From Anaerolineales bacterium (lineage in GTDB: Bacteria; Chloroflexota; Anaerolineae; Anaerolineales; E44-bin32): 60,190 nucleotides of DNA. Positions 44,573 to 54,677 of this stretch are shown here, piece after piece (the first letter of the stretch is position 1; the number at the start of each line of letters is the position of its first letter). Below the pieces are notes generated by a model. That model did not search any database. It was not told the DNA's origin and was given only the letters and a program-made list of their open reading frames with translations. Location: contig DATIPT010000025.1 of the NCBI GenBank assembly GCA_035471625.1, positions 1-60,190 on the forward strand, given 5' to 3'. Both the position numbers and the translations under genes were made by a program.

Positions 44573-46585
44573 ATGACCGAACAGAAGACCTCCCGAAAGA
44601 AGATGCGGACCCCCGAAGAGCGGTCGCTCGACCCGGCGGCGCGCGAGATGCTGATCCGCGCCGATGAGCTCGGCCTGGAGACCGCGTTCTCCCGGGCCGA
44701 CCAGCTGGCCCCATGCCCGATCGGCTCCACCGGGAACTGCTGCCATGTCTGCTTCATGGGACCGTGTCGCATCACCAAAGACGGGCAGACCGGCGTCTGC
44801 GGCGCCACGATCGAGACGATCACGGCGCGCAACTTCGCCCGGGCGGTCGCCGCCGGCGCCGCCGCCCACTCGGACCACGGCCGCGACTTGGCCTTCACCC
44901 TGCGCGCCACGGCGCTCGGCGAGGCCCAGGGCTACCAGATCCGCGACCCGTTCAAGCTCAACCGCCTGGCGACCGAGCTCGGCATCCCGACCGAGGGGCG
45001 CGGGATGAGCGAGGTCGCCCTCGACGTCGCCGACGCGTGCATCGCCATGTTCGGGCAGCAGACGGGCGAACTGCACCTGATCGAGCGGGCGCCCGAGAAG
45101 CGCAAGGAACTCTGGCGCAAGCAGAAACTCGTGCCGCGCGGGATTGACCGCGAGGTCGTCGATATCCTCCATCGGACCCACATGGGCGACGACCAGGATC
45201 CGGAGCACATCCTCCACCAAGCGATGCGGGCCGCCATGTCCGACGGCTGGGGCGGATCGATGGTCGCCACCGATTTGTCCGACATCCTTTTCGGCACACC
45301 CAGCCCGCTCGTCTCGCAGGTGAACCTGGGAGTCCTCAAGCACGACGAAGTCAACATCGTCGTGCATGGCCACGAACCGACCCTATCGGAGATGATCCTG
45401 GCCGCCTCGAGCGATCCGGAACTGCTGGCGTACGCCGAACAGAAGGGCGCCAAGGGGATCAATCTCTCCGGTATCTGCTGCACCAGCAACGAGACCCTCG
45501 TCCGCCAGGGCGTGCCGTCCGCCGGGAACTTCCTGCATCAGGAACTGGCGATCATGACCGGCGCCGTCGATGCCATGGTCGTCGACGTCCAGTGCATCAT
45601 GCAGGCCCTGCCAACCCTGGCCAAGAACTTCCACACCGAGGTCATCACGACCTCGCCCAAGGTCAAGATCTCCGGTGCCCGTCACATTGAATTCGAAGAG
45701 CACCGCGCCCTCGACATCGCCAAGGAAATCGTCCGGCGAGCGATCGACAACTACCCGAACCGCAAAGACGTCCGCATCCCGGATGTGCGCGAGGACGTCG
45801 TCCCTGGTTTCTCCCACGAGTACATTAACTACATGCTCGGCGGCACCTACCGGGCCTCCTTCCGCCCGCTCAACGACGCCATCGTTTCCGGGCGGCTGCG
45901 CGGCGTGGTCGCCGACGTCGGCTGCAACAATCCGCGCTCGACCCAGGATGCCTCCCACGACTACCTGGTGCGCGAACTGCTCAAGAACGACGTCCTGCTC
46001 GTCGAGACCGGTTGTGGCGCCATCGCCAGTGGCAAGTACGGGTACCTCCTCGGCGAGGCGGCGATGGAATGGGCCGGCCCCGGACTGCGCGAGGTTTGCG
46101 AGGCCACCGGCATGCCGCCGGTCCTGCACATGGGTTCGTGCGTCGACAACACCCGCATCCTGACGGTGCTTTCCCAGATGGCCAAGGAAGGCGGCCTGGG
46201 CGATGACATCAGCGACATCCCGGCCGTCGGCATCGCCCCGGAGTGGATGAGCGAGAAGGCGCTTGCGATCGCCTCCTACGCCGCCGCCTCCGGCGCCTAC
46301 GTGATCCTGGGGATCCACAGCCCCGTCGAGGGTAGCGAAGTCGTCACCCGGATTCTCAGCGATGGCTGGGAGAAGGAAGTCGGCGGCAAGATCGAGTTCA
46401 TCGTCGAGCCGGCCGAAATGGTCGAGCGGATCCTCGAGCACATCGACAAGAAGCGCGCCGCCCTCGGCTTGCCGGCCTATGAACCGGAGAAGTTCGGCCG
46501 CAGCGGCGACGCCCGGATGCTCGAGATTGACGCACTCCCGCCCGAGCAGCGCGCCGAAGCCCTCTACGGCGTGCCGGCGAATTGA
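44573..46585 (+). CDS. acsA: Carbon monoxide dehydrogenase catalytic subunit (ACS-associated Ni-CODH)
   Basis: CPIGSTGNCCHVCFMGPCRI (B/D-cluster region), followed by HSDHGRD and conserved C-cluster regions. GAGAGGAG lies upstream of the ATG at 44573. Confidence 0.92.
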   Translation: MTEQKTSRKKMRTPEERSLDPAAREMLIRADELGLETAFSRADQLAPCPIGSTGNCCHVCFMGPCRITKDGQTGVCGATIETITARNFARAVAAGAAAHSDHGRDLAFTLRATALGEAQGYQIRDPFKLNRLATELGIPTEGRGMSEVALDVADACIAMFGQQTGELHLIERAPEKRKELWRKQKLVPRGIDREVVDILHRTHMGDDQDPEHILHQAMRAAMSDGWGGSMVATDLSDILFGTPSPLVSQVNLGVLKHDEVNIVVHGHEPTLSEMILAASSDPELLAYAEQKGAKGINLSGICCTSNETLVRQGVPSAGNFLHQELAIMTGAVDAMVVDVQCIMQALPTLAKNFHTEVITTSPKVKISGARHIEFEEHRALDIAKEIVRRAIDNYPNRKDVRIPDVREDVVPGFSHEYINYMLGGTYRASFRPLNDAIVSGRLRGVVADVGCNNPRSTQDASHDYLVRELLKNDVLLVETGCGAIASGKYGYLLGEAAMEWAGPGLREVCEATGMPPVLHMGSCVDNTRILTVLSQMAKEGGLGDDISDIPAVGIAPEWMSEKALAIASYAAASGAYVILGIHSPVEGSEVVTRILSDGWEKEVGGKIEFIVEPAEMVERILEHIDKKRAALGLPAYEPEKFGRSGDARMLEIDALPPEQRAEALYGVPAN

Positions 46586-46651
46586 GGCCGATGACGCTCC
46601 TCGGCCTCCCCACCCTGAAACCGACTCCCCCCGTGTGCGAGGAGGACTAGC

Positions 46652-48940
46652 ATGTCGCGTTACATCGCCACCCGAGCCATCCGGGGCGCCAACGCCGTCG
46701 TCATGGAAGCCGAGCAGATGCTCGAGCGCGCCCTGGCCGACAAGGGTCCGGATACCCCGGTCGCCTTCCCCAACACTGCCTATCACCTGCCGGTCATCCT
46801 CGGGATGACCGGGCGGGAGGTCAGCACGATCGGCGACCTGCCCCCGGTCATCGAGCAGGCCAAGGGCCTGCTCCACCCGGTCCCGCCGGACCGTCGTTGG
46901 ACCCCCTATCTGGGCGAGACCCTCGACAGCGGCATGGCCACGCTGCTCGCCGAAGAAGCGATCATGGCCCTGCGATTCGTCTATGGGCTGCAGCCCGAGG
47001 CGATGCCCGGGGCGCACCTGGCCGGCGGCACGGCGTTCACCAGCCCCGACGAAGCCGCCGGCGGCAACGGCCACGATGGACACTTGAATGGACCGATCGA
47101 CGACGTCCAGATCCGCACCTGGGGCATCCAGCTCGTTGACGGCCGCATGCCCGGCTTCGCCGCCATCGTCGGCGCCGCCAAGTCGAACGAGGTCGCCGTC
47201 AAGATCGTGCGTGAATTGCAGCGTCGCAACATCCTGTGCTTCCTCTCGGGCAACGTCAATGGACGCAGCATCATCCACCAGTTGCTCGAGGAAGGCGTCG
47301 AGCTCGGCTACGACACGTACACCGTCCCGTTCGGAACGGATACGATCTCGGCGATCTACGCCCTGGGCGTCGCCGTGCGCTCGGCGCTGACCTTCGGCGG
47401 GATGAAGGGCGGCCAGGCGCGCGACATCCTGATGTACAACAAGAACCGCGTCTTCGCCTTCGTCCTGGCGCTGGGCGAGGTCGATGATCTGAAATACGCC
47501 ACCGCCGCCGGCGCCATCAACTTCGGCTTCCCCGTGGTGGCCGACACCATCATCCCCGAGATCCTGCCCACCGGCGTGACTACCTACGAGCACGTCGTCT
47601 CCATGCCGTTCAACGAGATCGCCGCCAAGGACGATCTGGAGCGGGCCGAGCGCCTGGTACAGAAGTGCATCGAGGTGCGCGGCGTCAAGGTCAAGGTCTC
47701 GGAGGTCCCGATCCCGGTCCCGTACGGTTCGGCGTTCGAAGGCGAGGTCGTCCGCAAGAATGACATGCGAGTCGAGTTCGGCGGCAAGAAGAGCCGGGCC
47801 TTCGAGTACCTGTTCATGGACAAGCTCGAGAACGTCGAGGACGGCAAGATCGAGGTCATCGGCCCCGACTTCTCCGGCGTCGAGGCCCAGGGGGCGGCCG
47901 ACCTGGGGATCCTGGTGAAAGTCGCCGGCCGCAAGATGGAGCACGACTTCGAACCGGTGCTCGAGCGTCAGATCCACTACTTCATCAACGGCGCCTCGGG
48001 GATTCAGCACATCGGCCAGCGCGACATCGCCTGGATCCGGATCTCCCAGGCCGCCACCGACAAGGGCTTCGACCTGAGGCACTTCGGCGACATCCTTCAT
48101 GCCCGGTTCCACGAGGACTTCGGAAGCATTGTCGACAAGGTCCAGGTGACCATCATCACGGACCCGGCGCTGCACGCCGAGTGGCTGGAGAAGGCGCGTC
48201 ACGCCTACGACGAGCGCAACGTCCGCCTGGGGGCCATGACCGACGAGAGTGTCGACGTCTTCTACTCGTGCACGCTGTGCCAGTCGTTCGCTCCGAACCA
48301 CCTGTGCATCATCAGCCCCGAACGCCTCGGGCTGTGCGGCGCCTACAACTGGCTCGATTGCAAGGCCTCCAACCAGATCAACCCGACCGGGCCGAATCAG
48401 CCTATCAAGAAACAGGCGACCCTCGATCCGGTCAAGGGGACGTTCGCCGGGGTGAATGAGTTCGCCCTCGGCGCCAGCCACCAGCAGGTATCCGACGTCT
48501 CGATGTACTCGATCATGGAGAACCCGATGACGGCCTGCGGGTGCTTCGAGTGCATCGCCATGGTGATCCCCGAGGCCAACGGCGTGATGATCGTCAGCCG
48601 CGAGGACACGAGTATGACGCCCGCCGGGATGACGTTCTCGACCCTGGCCGGAATGGCCGGCGGCGGCCTGCAAACGCCTGGGATCATGGGCCACGGCAAG
48701 TTCTACATCCTGAGCCCGAAGTTCATCTCGGCCGACGGCGGCTTCAAGCGCGTCGTGTGGATGTCGTCGGTGCTCAAGGAGCAGATGGCCGAGCAGTTCC
48801 GGGCGGTGGCCGAACGCGAGGGCGACCCCGATCTGATGAGCAAGATCTGCGACGAACGGAACGCCACCGACGTCGAAGGCCTGGTGGCTTACATCACCGA
48901 GAAGCACCATCCGGCGCTCGACATGCCGCCGATGTTCTAG
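46652..48940 (+). CDS. acsB: Acetyl-CoA synthase (A-cluster subunit)
   Basis: 762 aa, with bacterial-type N-terminal domains and the A-cluster Cys-Gly-Cys motif in MTACGCFECIAMV. Confidence 0.92.
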   Translation: MSRYIATRAIRGANAVVMEAEQMLERALADKGPDTPVAFPNTAYHLPVILGMTGREVSTIGDLPPVIEQAKGLLHPVPPDRRWTPYLGETLDSGMATLLAEEAIMALRFVYGLQPEAMPGAHLAGGTAFTSPDEAAGGNGHDGHLNGPIDDVQIRTWGIQLVDGRMPGFAAIVGAAKSNEVAVKIVRELQRRNILCFLSGNVNGRSIIHQLLEEGVELGYDTYTVPFGTDTISAIYALGVAVRSALTFGGMKGGQARDILMYNKNRVFAFVLALGEVDDLKYATAAGAINFGFPVVADTIIPEILPTGVTTYEHVVSMPFNEIAAKDDLERAERLVQKCIEVRGVKVKVSEVPIPVPYGSAFEGEVVRKNDMRVEFGGKKSRAFEYLFMDKLENVEDGKIEVIGPDFSGVEAQGAADLGILVKVAGRKMEHDFEPVLERQIHYFINGASGIQHIGQRDIAWIRISQAATDKGFDLRHFGDILHARFHEDFGSIVDKVQVTIITDPALHAEWLEKARHAYDERNVRLGAMTDESVDVFYSCTLCQSFAPNHLCIISPERLGLCGAYNWLDCKASNQINPTGPNQPIKKQATLDPVKGTFAGVNEFALGASHQQVSDVSMYSIMENPMTACGCFECIAMVIPEANGVMIVSREDTSMTPAGMTFSTLAGMAGGGLQTPGIMGHGKFYILSPKFISADGGFKRVVWMSSVLKEQMAEQFRAVAEREGDPDLMSKICDERNATDVEGLVAYITEKHHPALDMPPMF

Positions 48941-48991
48941 CGGCGGAGACTTCAGCCGACTCACTTGACGTCGGCCCCATGGATCCTTTCC

Positions 48992-49037
48992 GTTCCCTCT
49001 CCGCCGTCTGGCGGTCGCCGACGAGCGGAGAGGGAAC
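48992..49037 (+). other. Long intercistronic stem-loop between acsB and acsD
   Basis: Perfect 13-bp arms gttccctctccgc / gcggagagggaac (48992-49004 and 49025-49037). The stem is extended by cgtc/gacg with a one-nt bulge. No U-tract follows. Confidence 0.6.
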
Positions 49038-49090
49038 CGGGGCGCGTGAACAGATCGAGGCCCTCCCCAGCTTCAAGACAGGAGCCGGTC

Positions 49091-50053
49091 ATGACGATTG
49101 AACTCCACAAAGAGAAATCCACCGGCGCCGTTCGCTCGGTCACCCTTGGCGCCACCAAAGAACAAGGCGGCAGTCGTTCCCGCACCCTGACGATCGGCGG
49201 GGAGACCGCCCTTCCCTTCTTGGATTTTGAAGGGAGCCTTCCGAACCGCCCAGCTCTCGCCCTCGAGATCCGCGATCGCAAGCCAGCCGATTGGTCGCCG
49301 CTCCTGTATGAAGCGTGGGGAGAGGCGATGAACGATCCGGCCGACTGGGCCCGCGCCGCCGAGGCAGCCGGTGCCGATCTGATCTACCTTGTGCTCAGCG
49401 CGACCCAGTCCGATGATTCTCCCAACTCCCCGGAGAAGGCTCGGGCGGTCGTCCGCAAAGTGCTCGAAGCGACCGGCCTGCCGTTGGCGGTCGCCGGGCC
49501 GGGCCAAGCCGAGCTCGACAATGAGCTGATCGTCCCGGTGGCCGAGGAGGCCAAGGGCGAGCGACTGCTCCTCGGGATCTGCGAGGACAAGAACTACCGC
49601 ACGATCGTCGCTGCGGCCCTGGCCAACGATCACCTGGTCCAGTCGAAGACCCCGATGGACGTTAACCTCTCGAAGCAGCTGGTCATCTTGATCCACGACA
49701 TGGGGCTTCCCTTGGAGCGGATCGTGATGGATCCGACGACCGGCGCGCTGGGGTACGGGATCGAGTACGGCTACTCGGTCATGGAACGTCTGCGCCTGGC
49801 AGCGCTCCAGGGCGACTCGATGACGCAGCAACCGATGCTGGTCAACCCGGGGGAAGAAGCCTGGAAGGTGAAAGAATCGAAGGTGGGGGAAGGCGTCCCC
49901 GAGGCCTGGGGCGATTGGTCCAGGCGGGCGCTCAACTGGGAGGCCATGACGGCCGCCGCCCTGGTCCACTCCGGCGCCGACCTGCTCGTTCTTCGGCATC
50001 CGGAGTCGCTGCGCCGCGTGCGCGCCGTGATCGACGATCTGGTAGCCGCCTGA
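49091..50053 (+). CDS. acsD: Corrinoid iron-sulfur protein small subunit (delta)
   Basis: TIM-barrel CoFeSP small-subunit pattern GAVRSVTLGATKEQGGSRSRTLTIGGETALPFL...; located between acsB and acsC. Confidence 0.88.
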   Translation: MTIELHKEKSTGAVRSVTLGATKEQGGSRSRTLTIGGETALPFLDFEGSLPNRPALALEIRDRKPADWSPLLYEAWGEAMNDPADWARAAEAAGADLIYLVLSATQSDDSPNSPEKARAVVRKVLEATGLPLAVAGPGQAELDNELIVPVAEEAKGERLLLGICEDKNYRTIVAAALANDHLVQSKTPMDVNLSKQLVILIHDMGLPLERIVMDPTTGALGYGIEYGYSVMERLRLAALQGDSMTQQPMLVNPGEEAWKVKESKVGEGVPEAWGDWSRRALNWEAMTAAALVHSGADLLVLRHPESLRRVRAVIDDLVAA

Positions 50054-50062
50054 CAACGAAGG

Positions 50063-50091
50063 CTCCCGGCGAGCTTCGTGCTCGCCCGGAG
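50063..50091 (+). other. Intercistronic hairpin between acsD and acsC
   Basis: ctcccggcgagc-ttcgt-gctcgcccggag: a 12-bp stem with one mismatch. Confidence 0.5.
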
Positions 50092-50109
50092 ACTCCGCGG
50101 AGGTAGAAC

Positions 50110-51459
50110 ATGCCGCTCTCTGGACTCGAGATCTACAAACTCCTTCCGCAGACGAACTGCAAGGAGTGCGGATACCCGACCTGCCTGGCCTTTGCCATGA
50201 AGCTGGCGGCCAAGCAGGCCGAACTCAAGGCCTGCCCCTACGTCACCGACGAATCCAAGGCGAAGCTCGAAGCCGCGTCGGCCCCGCCGATCCGCCTGGT
50301 CGAATTGGCCGGTGAGGACGGCAAGATCGCCGTCGGCAATGAAACCGTCCTGTACCGCCATGAGAAGACCTTCTATCATCGGCCAGGCTTGTTCCTGCGC
50401 GTACGCGACACCGAACCAGCCGAGGCCCTGACCAAGAAGGTGGCGCAGGCCGACGGATTCCAGGTCGATTACGTCGGCATCGATCTCGGCCTGGACGGCT
50501 TCGCCGTCGAGGCTGCCTCCGGCGACCCGGCGACCTTTGCCGGCGCCATCCAGACGGTGCGCGGGGCGAGCAAGAAACCGCTCATCCTGCTGGTCTCCAC
50601 ACCCGAGCTCGCCAAGGCCGGGATCGAGGCATGCGCCGGAACCCGACCCCTCCTCCACGCGGCGACGGCCGACAACGCCGCTGGCATGGCCGAAGTCGCC
50701 AAGGCGGCCGGAGCGCCGCTCGCCGTCCGCGCCGACTCGCTCGACGGGCTGGCGGAGTTGACCCAGATCGTTTCCCAAGCCGGCGTCGAGGACATCGTCC
50801 TCGACCCGATGCTCCAGCTCTACCGCGATTCACTCCACACGCTCACCCAGCTGCGCCGGCTCGCACTTCGCAAGAACCTGCGGTCGATCGGCTACCCAAT
50901 CCTCACTTTCCCCGGCGCCGTCAACGGCGCCGACGAACCGCTAATGGCGGCCGAGCACATCGCCAAGTACGCCGGATTCATCGTGATCGAACAGTTCGAT
51001 CCGGCGACGCTGTATCCGCTGCTCGTCCTGCGCCAGAACATCTACACCGACCCGCAGAAGCCGATCCAGGTCCAACCGGGCGTCTACGAGATCAACGCCC
51101 CCGACGGCAAGGCTCCGGTGCTCGTCACGACCAACTTCTCGATCACGTACTTCTCGGTCGCCAACGAGGTCGAAGGCTCCGGATGGCCGGCGTGGCTGGT
51201 CGTCGCCGACGCCGAGGGGATGAGCGTCCTTACCGCCTGGGCCGCCGGCAAGTTCGACGCCGAGAGGATCGCCAAGGCGGTCAAGGGCTTCGGCGTCCCC
51301 GAGAAGGTAGGCCATCAGCGCGTCATTATTCCGGGCGCGGTCGCGGTCCTGTCCGGTGAGCTCGAAGAAGAGCTGCCCGGCTGGGAGATCATGGTCGGAC
51401 CGCGGGAAGCCGTCGACATCGGGTCCTTCCTGAAGGCGATGTGGCCGAACGGCAAGTGA
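50110..51459 (+). CDS. acsC: Corrinoid iron-sulfur protein large subunit (gamma)
   Basis: N-terminal 4Fe-4S motif TNCKECGYPTCLAFAMKLA...ACPY, followed by TIM-barrel and B12-binding domains. Confidence 0.9.
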   Translation: MPLSGLEIYKLLPQTNCKECGYPTCLAFAMKLAAKQAELKACPYVTDESKAKLEAASAPPIRLVELAGEDGKIAVGNETVLYRHEKTFYHRPGLFLRVRDTEPAEALTKKVAQADGFQVDYVGIDLGLDGFAVEAASGDPATFAGAIQTVRGASKKPLILLVSTPELAKAGIEACAGTRPLLHAATADNAAGMAEVAKAAGAPLAVRADSLDGLAELTQIVSQAGVEDIVLDPMLQLYRDSLHTLTQLRRLALRKNLRSIGYPILTFPGAVNGADEPLMAAEHIAKYAGFIVIEQFDPATLYPLLVLRQNIYTDPQKPIQVQPGVYEINAPDGKAPVLVTTNFSITYFSVANEVEGSGWPAWLVVADAEGMSVLTAWAAGKFDAERIAKAVKGFGVPEKVGHQRVIIPGAVAVLSGELEEELPGWEIMVGPREAVDIGSFLKAMWPNGK

Positions 51460-51502
51460 TCCCACCCGTCTGCGACCGCCGCGCTCCGGCAGGAGGGAAG
51501 AG

Positions 51503-51769
51503 ATGACCCTTCGCGTCAGTACCTTGCCCCGGGACCCCTATCTCGGGTACGACCCCGAACAGATGGCACGGCTGGCGACGGCGTGTCTGCAGTGCCTGTC
51601 GCCCGCCCCGTGCACCCTGGCGTGCAGCCGGCAGGCCGACCTCCCGCGCGTCGTCCGCCTGGCCGGCCAGGCGGCGTGCGAAGGCCTGGCACTCTCGCGC
51701 TGGTTCCTCGATCGCGAAGGCGTGGAGTCGGCCCGCGTCAGCGACGCCATCACCGACGCCTACAACTAG
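51503..51769 (+). CDS. 88-aa Cys-motif protein (Cx2Cx5Cx3C, like the N-terminal FeS helix domain of GltD/DPD small subunits)
   Basis: AGGAGGGA lies upstream of the ATG, and third positions are strongly G/C. CLQCLSPAPCTLACSRQADLPRVV parallels the CxxC...C...CP...I motif of glutamate synthase small-subunit N-termini. Confidence 0.45.
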   Translation: MTLRVSTLPRDPYLGYDPEQMARLATACLQCLSPAPCTLACSRQADLPRVVRLAGQAACEGLALSRWFLDREGVESARVSDAITDAYN

Positions 51770-51831
51770 CGCGGCGTCCGGACCCTCGTGCCCATGATGC
51801 CGTCCCCGCCGCTCCTTTTCGGGGGCCCCCG

Positions 51832-53763
51832 ATGACCACCCGCCGGATCACGCTGCTGCCGTCGGGCGCGACCGTCGAGGTTCCGACCGGATCTCTGGTC
51901 GTTGAGGCGACCCGCCTCGCCGGCGTCGAGGTGAACCAACCGTGCGGCGGGCAAGGTCGCTGCGGGCGCTGCTCGGTCCAGATCGAAGGGGATGGCTATC
52001 GGCGGCGATCCACCTTGCGGCTCTCGCCGGAGGACCTGGACGCCGGCTATGCCCTGGCCTGCCAGACCGTGGTCGAGGGCGACCTGCGCATCTCCATCCC
52101 TCCCGCTGAGAAGATTCAGCGGATGCTCATCACCGATCGGATGGCGGCTCGAGAGGATCTCCCGTTTTCCTACGAGCCGTCGACGATGCAATCCCTCCGC
52201 GTGCTTCAGGTGGCGCTGCCAGCGCCGTCGCTGGACGACAGCCGCGACGACCTGGCGCGCTTCCTGGCCGGCCTCGCCGACGCAGGACACTCTCCCATCG
52301 ACGTTCCCCTCCCCGTCCTGCGTCGGCTGGGGTCGGACCTGCGCGAGGCCGATTGGAAGCCGTGGGTCGTGCTCGACGATCCATCCTTCGAGGACTCGCC
52401 TCGGCCGCCCCGGGTCGTCGGCTTGTGGCCCGCCGAGCCGCGCCTGCTCGGCCTGGCGGTGGACATCGGGACGACGACCGTCTCGGCCCACCTCGTCGAC
52501 CTGTCCGACGGGTCGCTGCTCGCTTCGACGGCCGAGTACAACGATCAAATCGCCCGCGGCGAAGACGTGATCAGCCGGATCATCTATGCCGGAAAGAAGG
52601 ACGGCCTGGTCGAGCTCGGCCAGTTGGTCCGCAAGACCATCGGTGCCCTGCTCGAGCGGCTCGAGATGCGCGCCGGCGTTTCGGCGGCCCAGATTCTCAA
52701 GGTCACGATCGCCGGCAACACCACGATGTCGCACCTCTTCCTCGGCCTTCCCCCCGAGACCGTCCGCCTGGCACCCTATGTGCCGGCCGCCAATCACCCC
52801 GGGCCGTATGTCGCTTCCGAGCTCGACCTTCGGGTCCATCCGATGGCGGCCGTGGACATGCTTCCGGGTGTGGCATCCTACGTCGGCGCCGATATCACCG
52901 CCGGGGCCTTCGCCGCCGGCCTGGCCGAGACCGAAAGGGTGACGCTTTTCATCGACGTCGGCACCAACGGTGAGATTGTTCTCGGGACGCGCGACTGGCT
53001 CGTGACGTGCGCCTGCTCCGCCGGGCCGGCCTTCGAAGGGGCCGGCGTGACCGACGGCATGCGCGCCACGACCGGGGCCATCGAGGAAGTCTGGGTGAGT
53101 TCCGAGACCTACGAACCCACCCTGCGAGTCATCGGCGACGGCCGGCCGCGCGGCCTGTGCGGCTCGGCGCTGATCTCGCTTCTGGCCGAGCTCTTCGTCA
53201 CCGGAGTGATCGACCGCGGCGGGAACTTCAAGATGGAACTCGGGACACCGCGCTTGCGCCAGGGCGAGCACGGCCCGGAATACGTCCTGGCCTGGCCCGA
53301 TGAGACCGACACCGGACGGGCGATCGCCCTGACCAAGGTCGATGTGGACAACCTCATGCGGGCCAAGGCGGCGATCTACGCCGGCTTCAGCGTGCTGGCG
53401 TCGAACGTCGGGATCGATCTGGCCGACGTCGAACAGGTTTTGATCGGCGGCGCCTTCGGCAAGTACATCAACGTCGAGAAGGCGATCCAGATCGGGTTGC
53501 TGCCCGACCTCCCCTGGGATCGATTCCAGTTCCTCGGCAATACCGCCATCCGCGGCTCGATGCTCGCCTTGCTTTCTCGCCAGGTGCGCGCTGCGATCCG
53601 GGACATCGCCGGCCACATGACCTACGTCGAGCTCTCGGCCGACAACACGTTCTACGACGCCTTCACGGCGGCGCTGTTCCTGCCGCATACCGAGATCCGG
53701 CGCTTCCCGAGCGTGGCCGAGATCTGGGCCCGCGAGAACGGGATCTCCGAAGGGAACGGCTGA
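51832..53763 (+). CDS. Reductive activator of the corrinoid Fe-S protein (RACo; 2Fe-2S ferredoxin plus ASKHA ATPase)
   Basis: N-terminal plant-type ferredoxin CGGQGRCGRCSV...ACQ and the ASKHA phosphate-1 motif LAVDIGTTTVSAHLVD. I chose the ATG at 51832. Confidence 0.85.
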   Translation: MTTRRITLLPSGATVEVPTGSLVVEATRLAGVEVNQPCGGQGRCGRCSVQIEGDGYRRRSTLRLSPEDLDAGYALACQTVVEGDLRISIPPAEKIQRMLITDRMAAREDLPFSYEPSTMQSLRVLQVALPAPSLDDSRDDLARFLAGLADAGHSPIDVPLPVLRRLGSDLREADWKPWVVLDDPSFEDSPRPPRVVGLWPAEPRLLGLAVDIGTTTVSAHLVDLSDGSLLASTAEYNDQIARGEDVISRIIYAGKKDGLVELGQLVRKTIGALLERLEMRAGVSAAQILKVTIAGNTTMSHLFLGLPPETVRLAPYVPAANHPGPYVASELDLRVHPMAAVDMLPGVASYVGADITAGAFAAGLAETERVTLFIDVGTNGEIVLGTRDWLVTCACSAGPAFEGAGVTDGMRATTGAIEEVWVSSETYEPTLRVIGDGRPRGLCGSALISLLAELFVTGVIDRGGNFKMELGTPRLRQGEHGPEYVLAWPDETDTGRAIALTKVDVDNLMRAKAAIYAGFSVLASNVGIDLADVEQVLIGGAFGKYINVEKAIQIGLLPDLPWDRFQFLGNTAIRGSMLALLSRQVRAAIRDIAGHMTYVELSADNTFYDAFTAALFLPHTEIRRFPSVAEIWARENGISEGNG

Positions 53764-53768
53764 CAGCG

Positions 53769-54677
53769 ATGGTCGAGCTCTCGTCGCTCCATATCCTCCT
53801 GACCTATCAATGCCTGTTCGAGTGCGAGCACTGCTTCGTCTGGGGCAGCCCCAAGCAGAAGGGCGTCTTCAGCCTGGCCGACCTCGAGCAGGTCTATGAT
53901 CAGGCCTCCACCGTCCCTTCAATCCGCAGCACCTACTTCGAAGGCGGCGAACCGTTCCTGTACTACCCGCTGCTCTTGGCCGGTGTCCGGGCGGCGGCAG
54001 CGCGCGGTCTCGACGTCGGGATCGTCACGAACGGCTACTGGGGGACGAGCGTCGATGACGCCGTCGAATGGCTCCGGCCGATGGCCGGGGCCCTCACGTC
54101 CATCTCGGTCTCGACGGACCTACTCCACTACGACGAGGTCGTCTCGAGCGAGGCCCGAAACATCCTGGCGGCGTGCGAGCAGCTCAAGATCCCGGTGTCG
54201 ACCATCACTTGCGAGACTCCGGTCGAGGCTACGGACAGGCCGGGCCGGGGCCGAGGCGAGCCGGTCGAAGGGGGCGCGATCATGCTGCGCGGTCGGGCGG
54301 TGACCTCCTTCGCCGACCGATCCCCGGGAAAGCCGTGGGACTCCTTCGAGGAGTGCCCGTTCGAGGACCTGGCCGATCCCGGGCGAGTCCACCTGGATCC
54401 CATCGGGAACCTCCATGTGTGTCAGGGCTTGGTGATGGGGAACCTATTCGAGGCCCCTCTTGATCGGATTCTGGCCACCTACGATCCCGAAGCGGATCCG
54501 GTCGTGGCGGCGCTGCTGCGCGGCGGTCCAGCCGAGCTCGTTCGGGCGCATGACGTGCCCCATCTCGCCACCTACGGCGATGCCTGCCATCTTTGCTACG
54601 CCGCCCGCGAGCAGCTCCGTGAGCGCTTTCCCTCCACGTTGCGCCCGGGGCAGATGTACGGAGACGGGTTGACATGA
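53769..54677 (+). CDS. Radical SAM protein with a reduced SPASM/twitch-like C-terminus
   Basis: CxxxCxxC in LLTYQCLFECEHCF; a GGEP motif (YFEGGEPFL); IVTNGYW; and C-terminal GNLHVCQG...CHLCYAAR. Confidence 0.75.
   Translation: MVELSSLHILLTYQCLFECEHCFVWGSPKQKGVFSLADLEQVYDQASTVPSIRSTYFEGGEPFLYYPLLLAGVRAAAARGLDVGIVTNGYWGTSVDDAVEWLRPMAGALTSISVSTDLLHYDEVVSSEARNILAACEQLKIPVSTITCETPVEATDRPGRGRGEPVEGGAIMLRGRAVTSFADRSPGKPWDSFEECPFEDLADPGRVHLDPIGNLHVCQGLVMGNLFEAPLDRILATYDPEADPVVAALLRGGPAELVRAHDVPHLATYGDACHLCYAAREQLRERFPSTLRPGQMYGDGLT

Noticed and set aside
45383-48964. 1193-aa uninterrupted ORF on the minus strand, spanning acsA, the intergenic gap and acsB.
   Set aside because: It is antisense to two genes with unmistakable CODH and ACS motifs. 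Its translation is low-complexity (D/G/R/V/A/H-rich) with no recognisable domain. In a genome with G/C-rich third positions the antisense frame rarely contains stops, so this is a shadow ORF.
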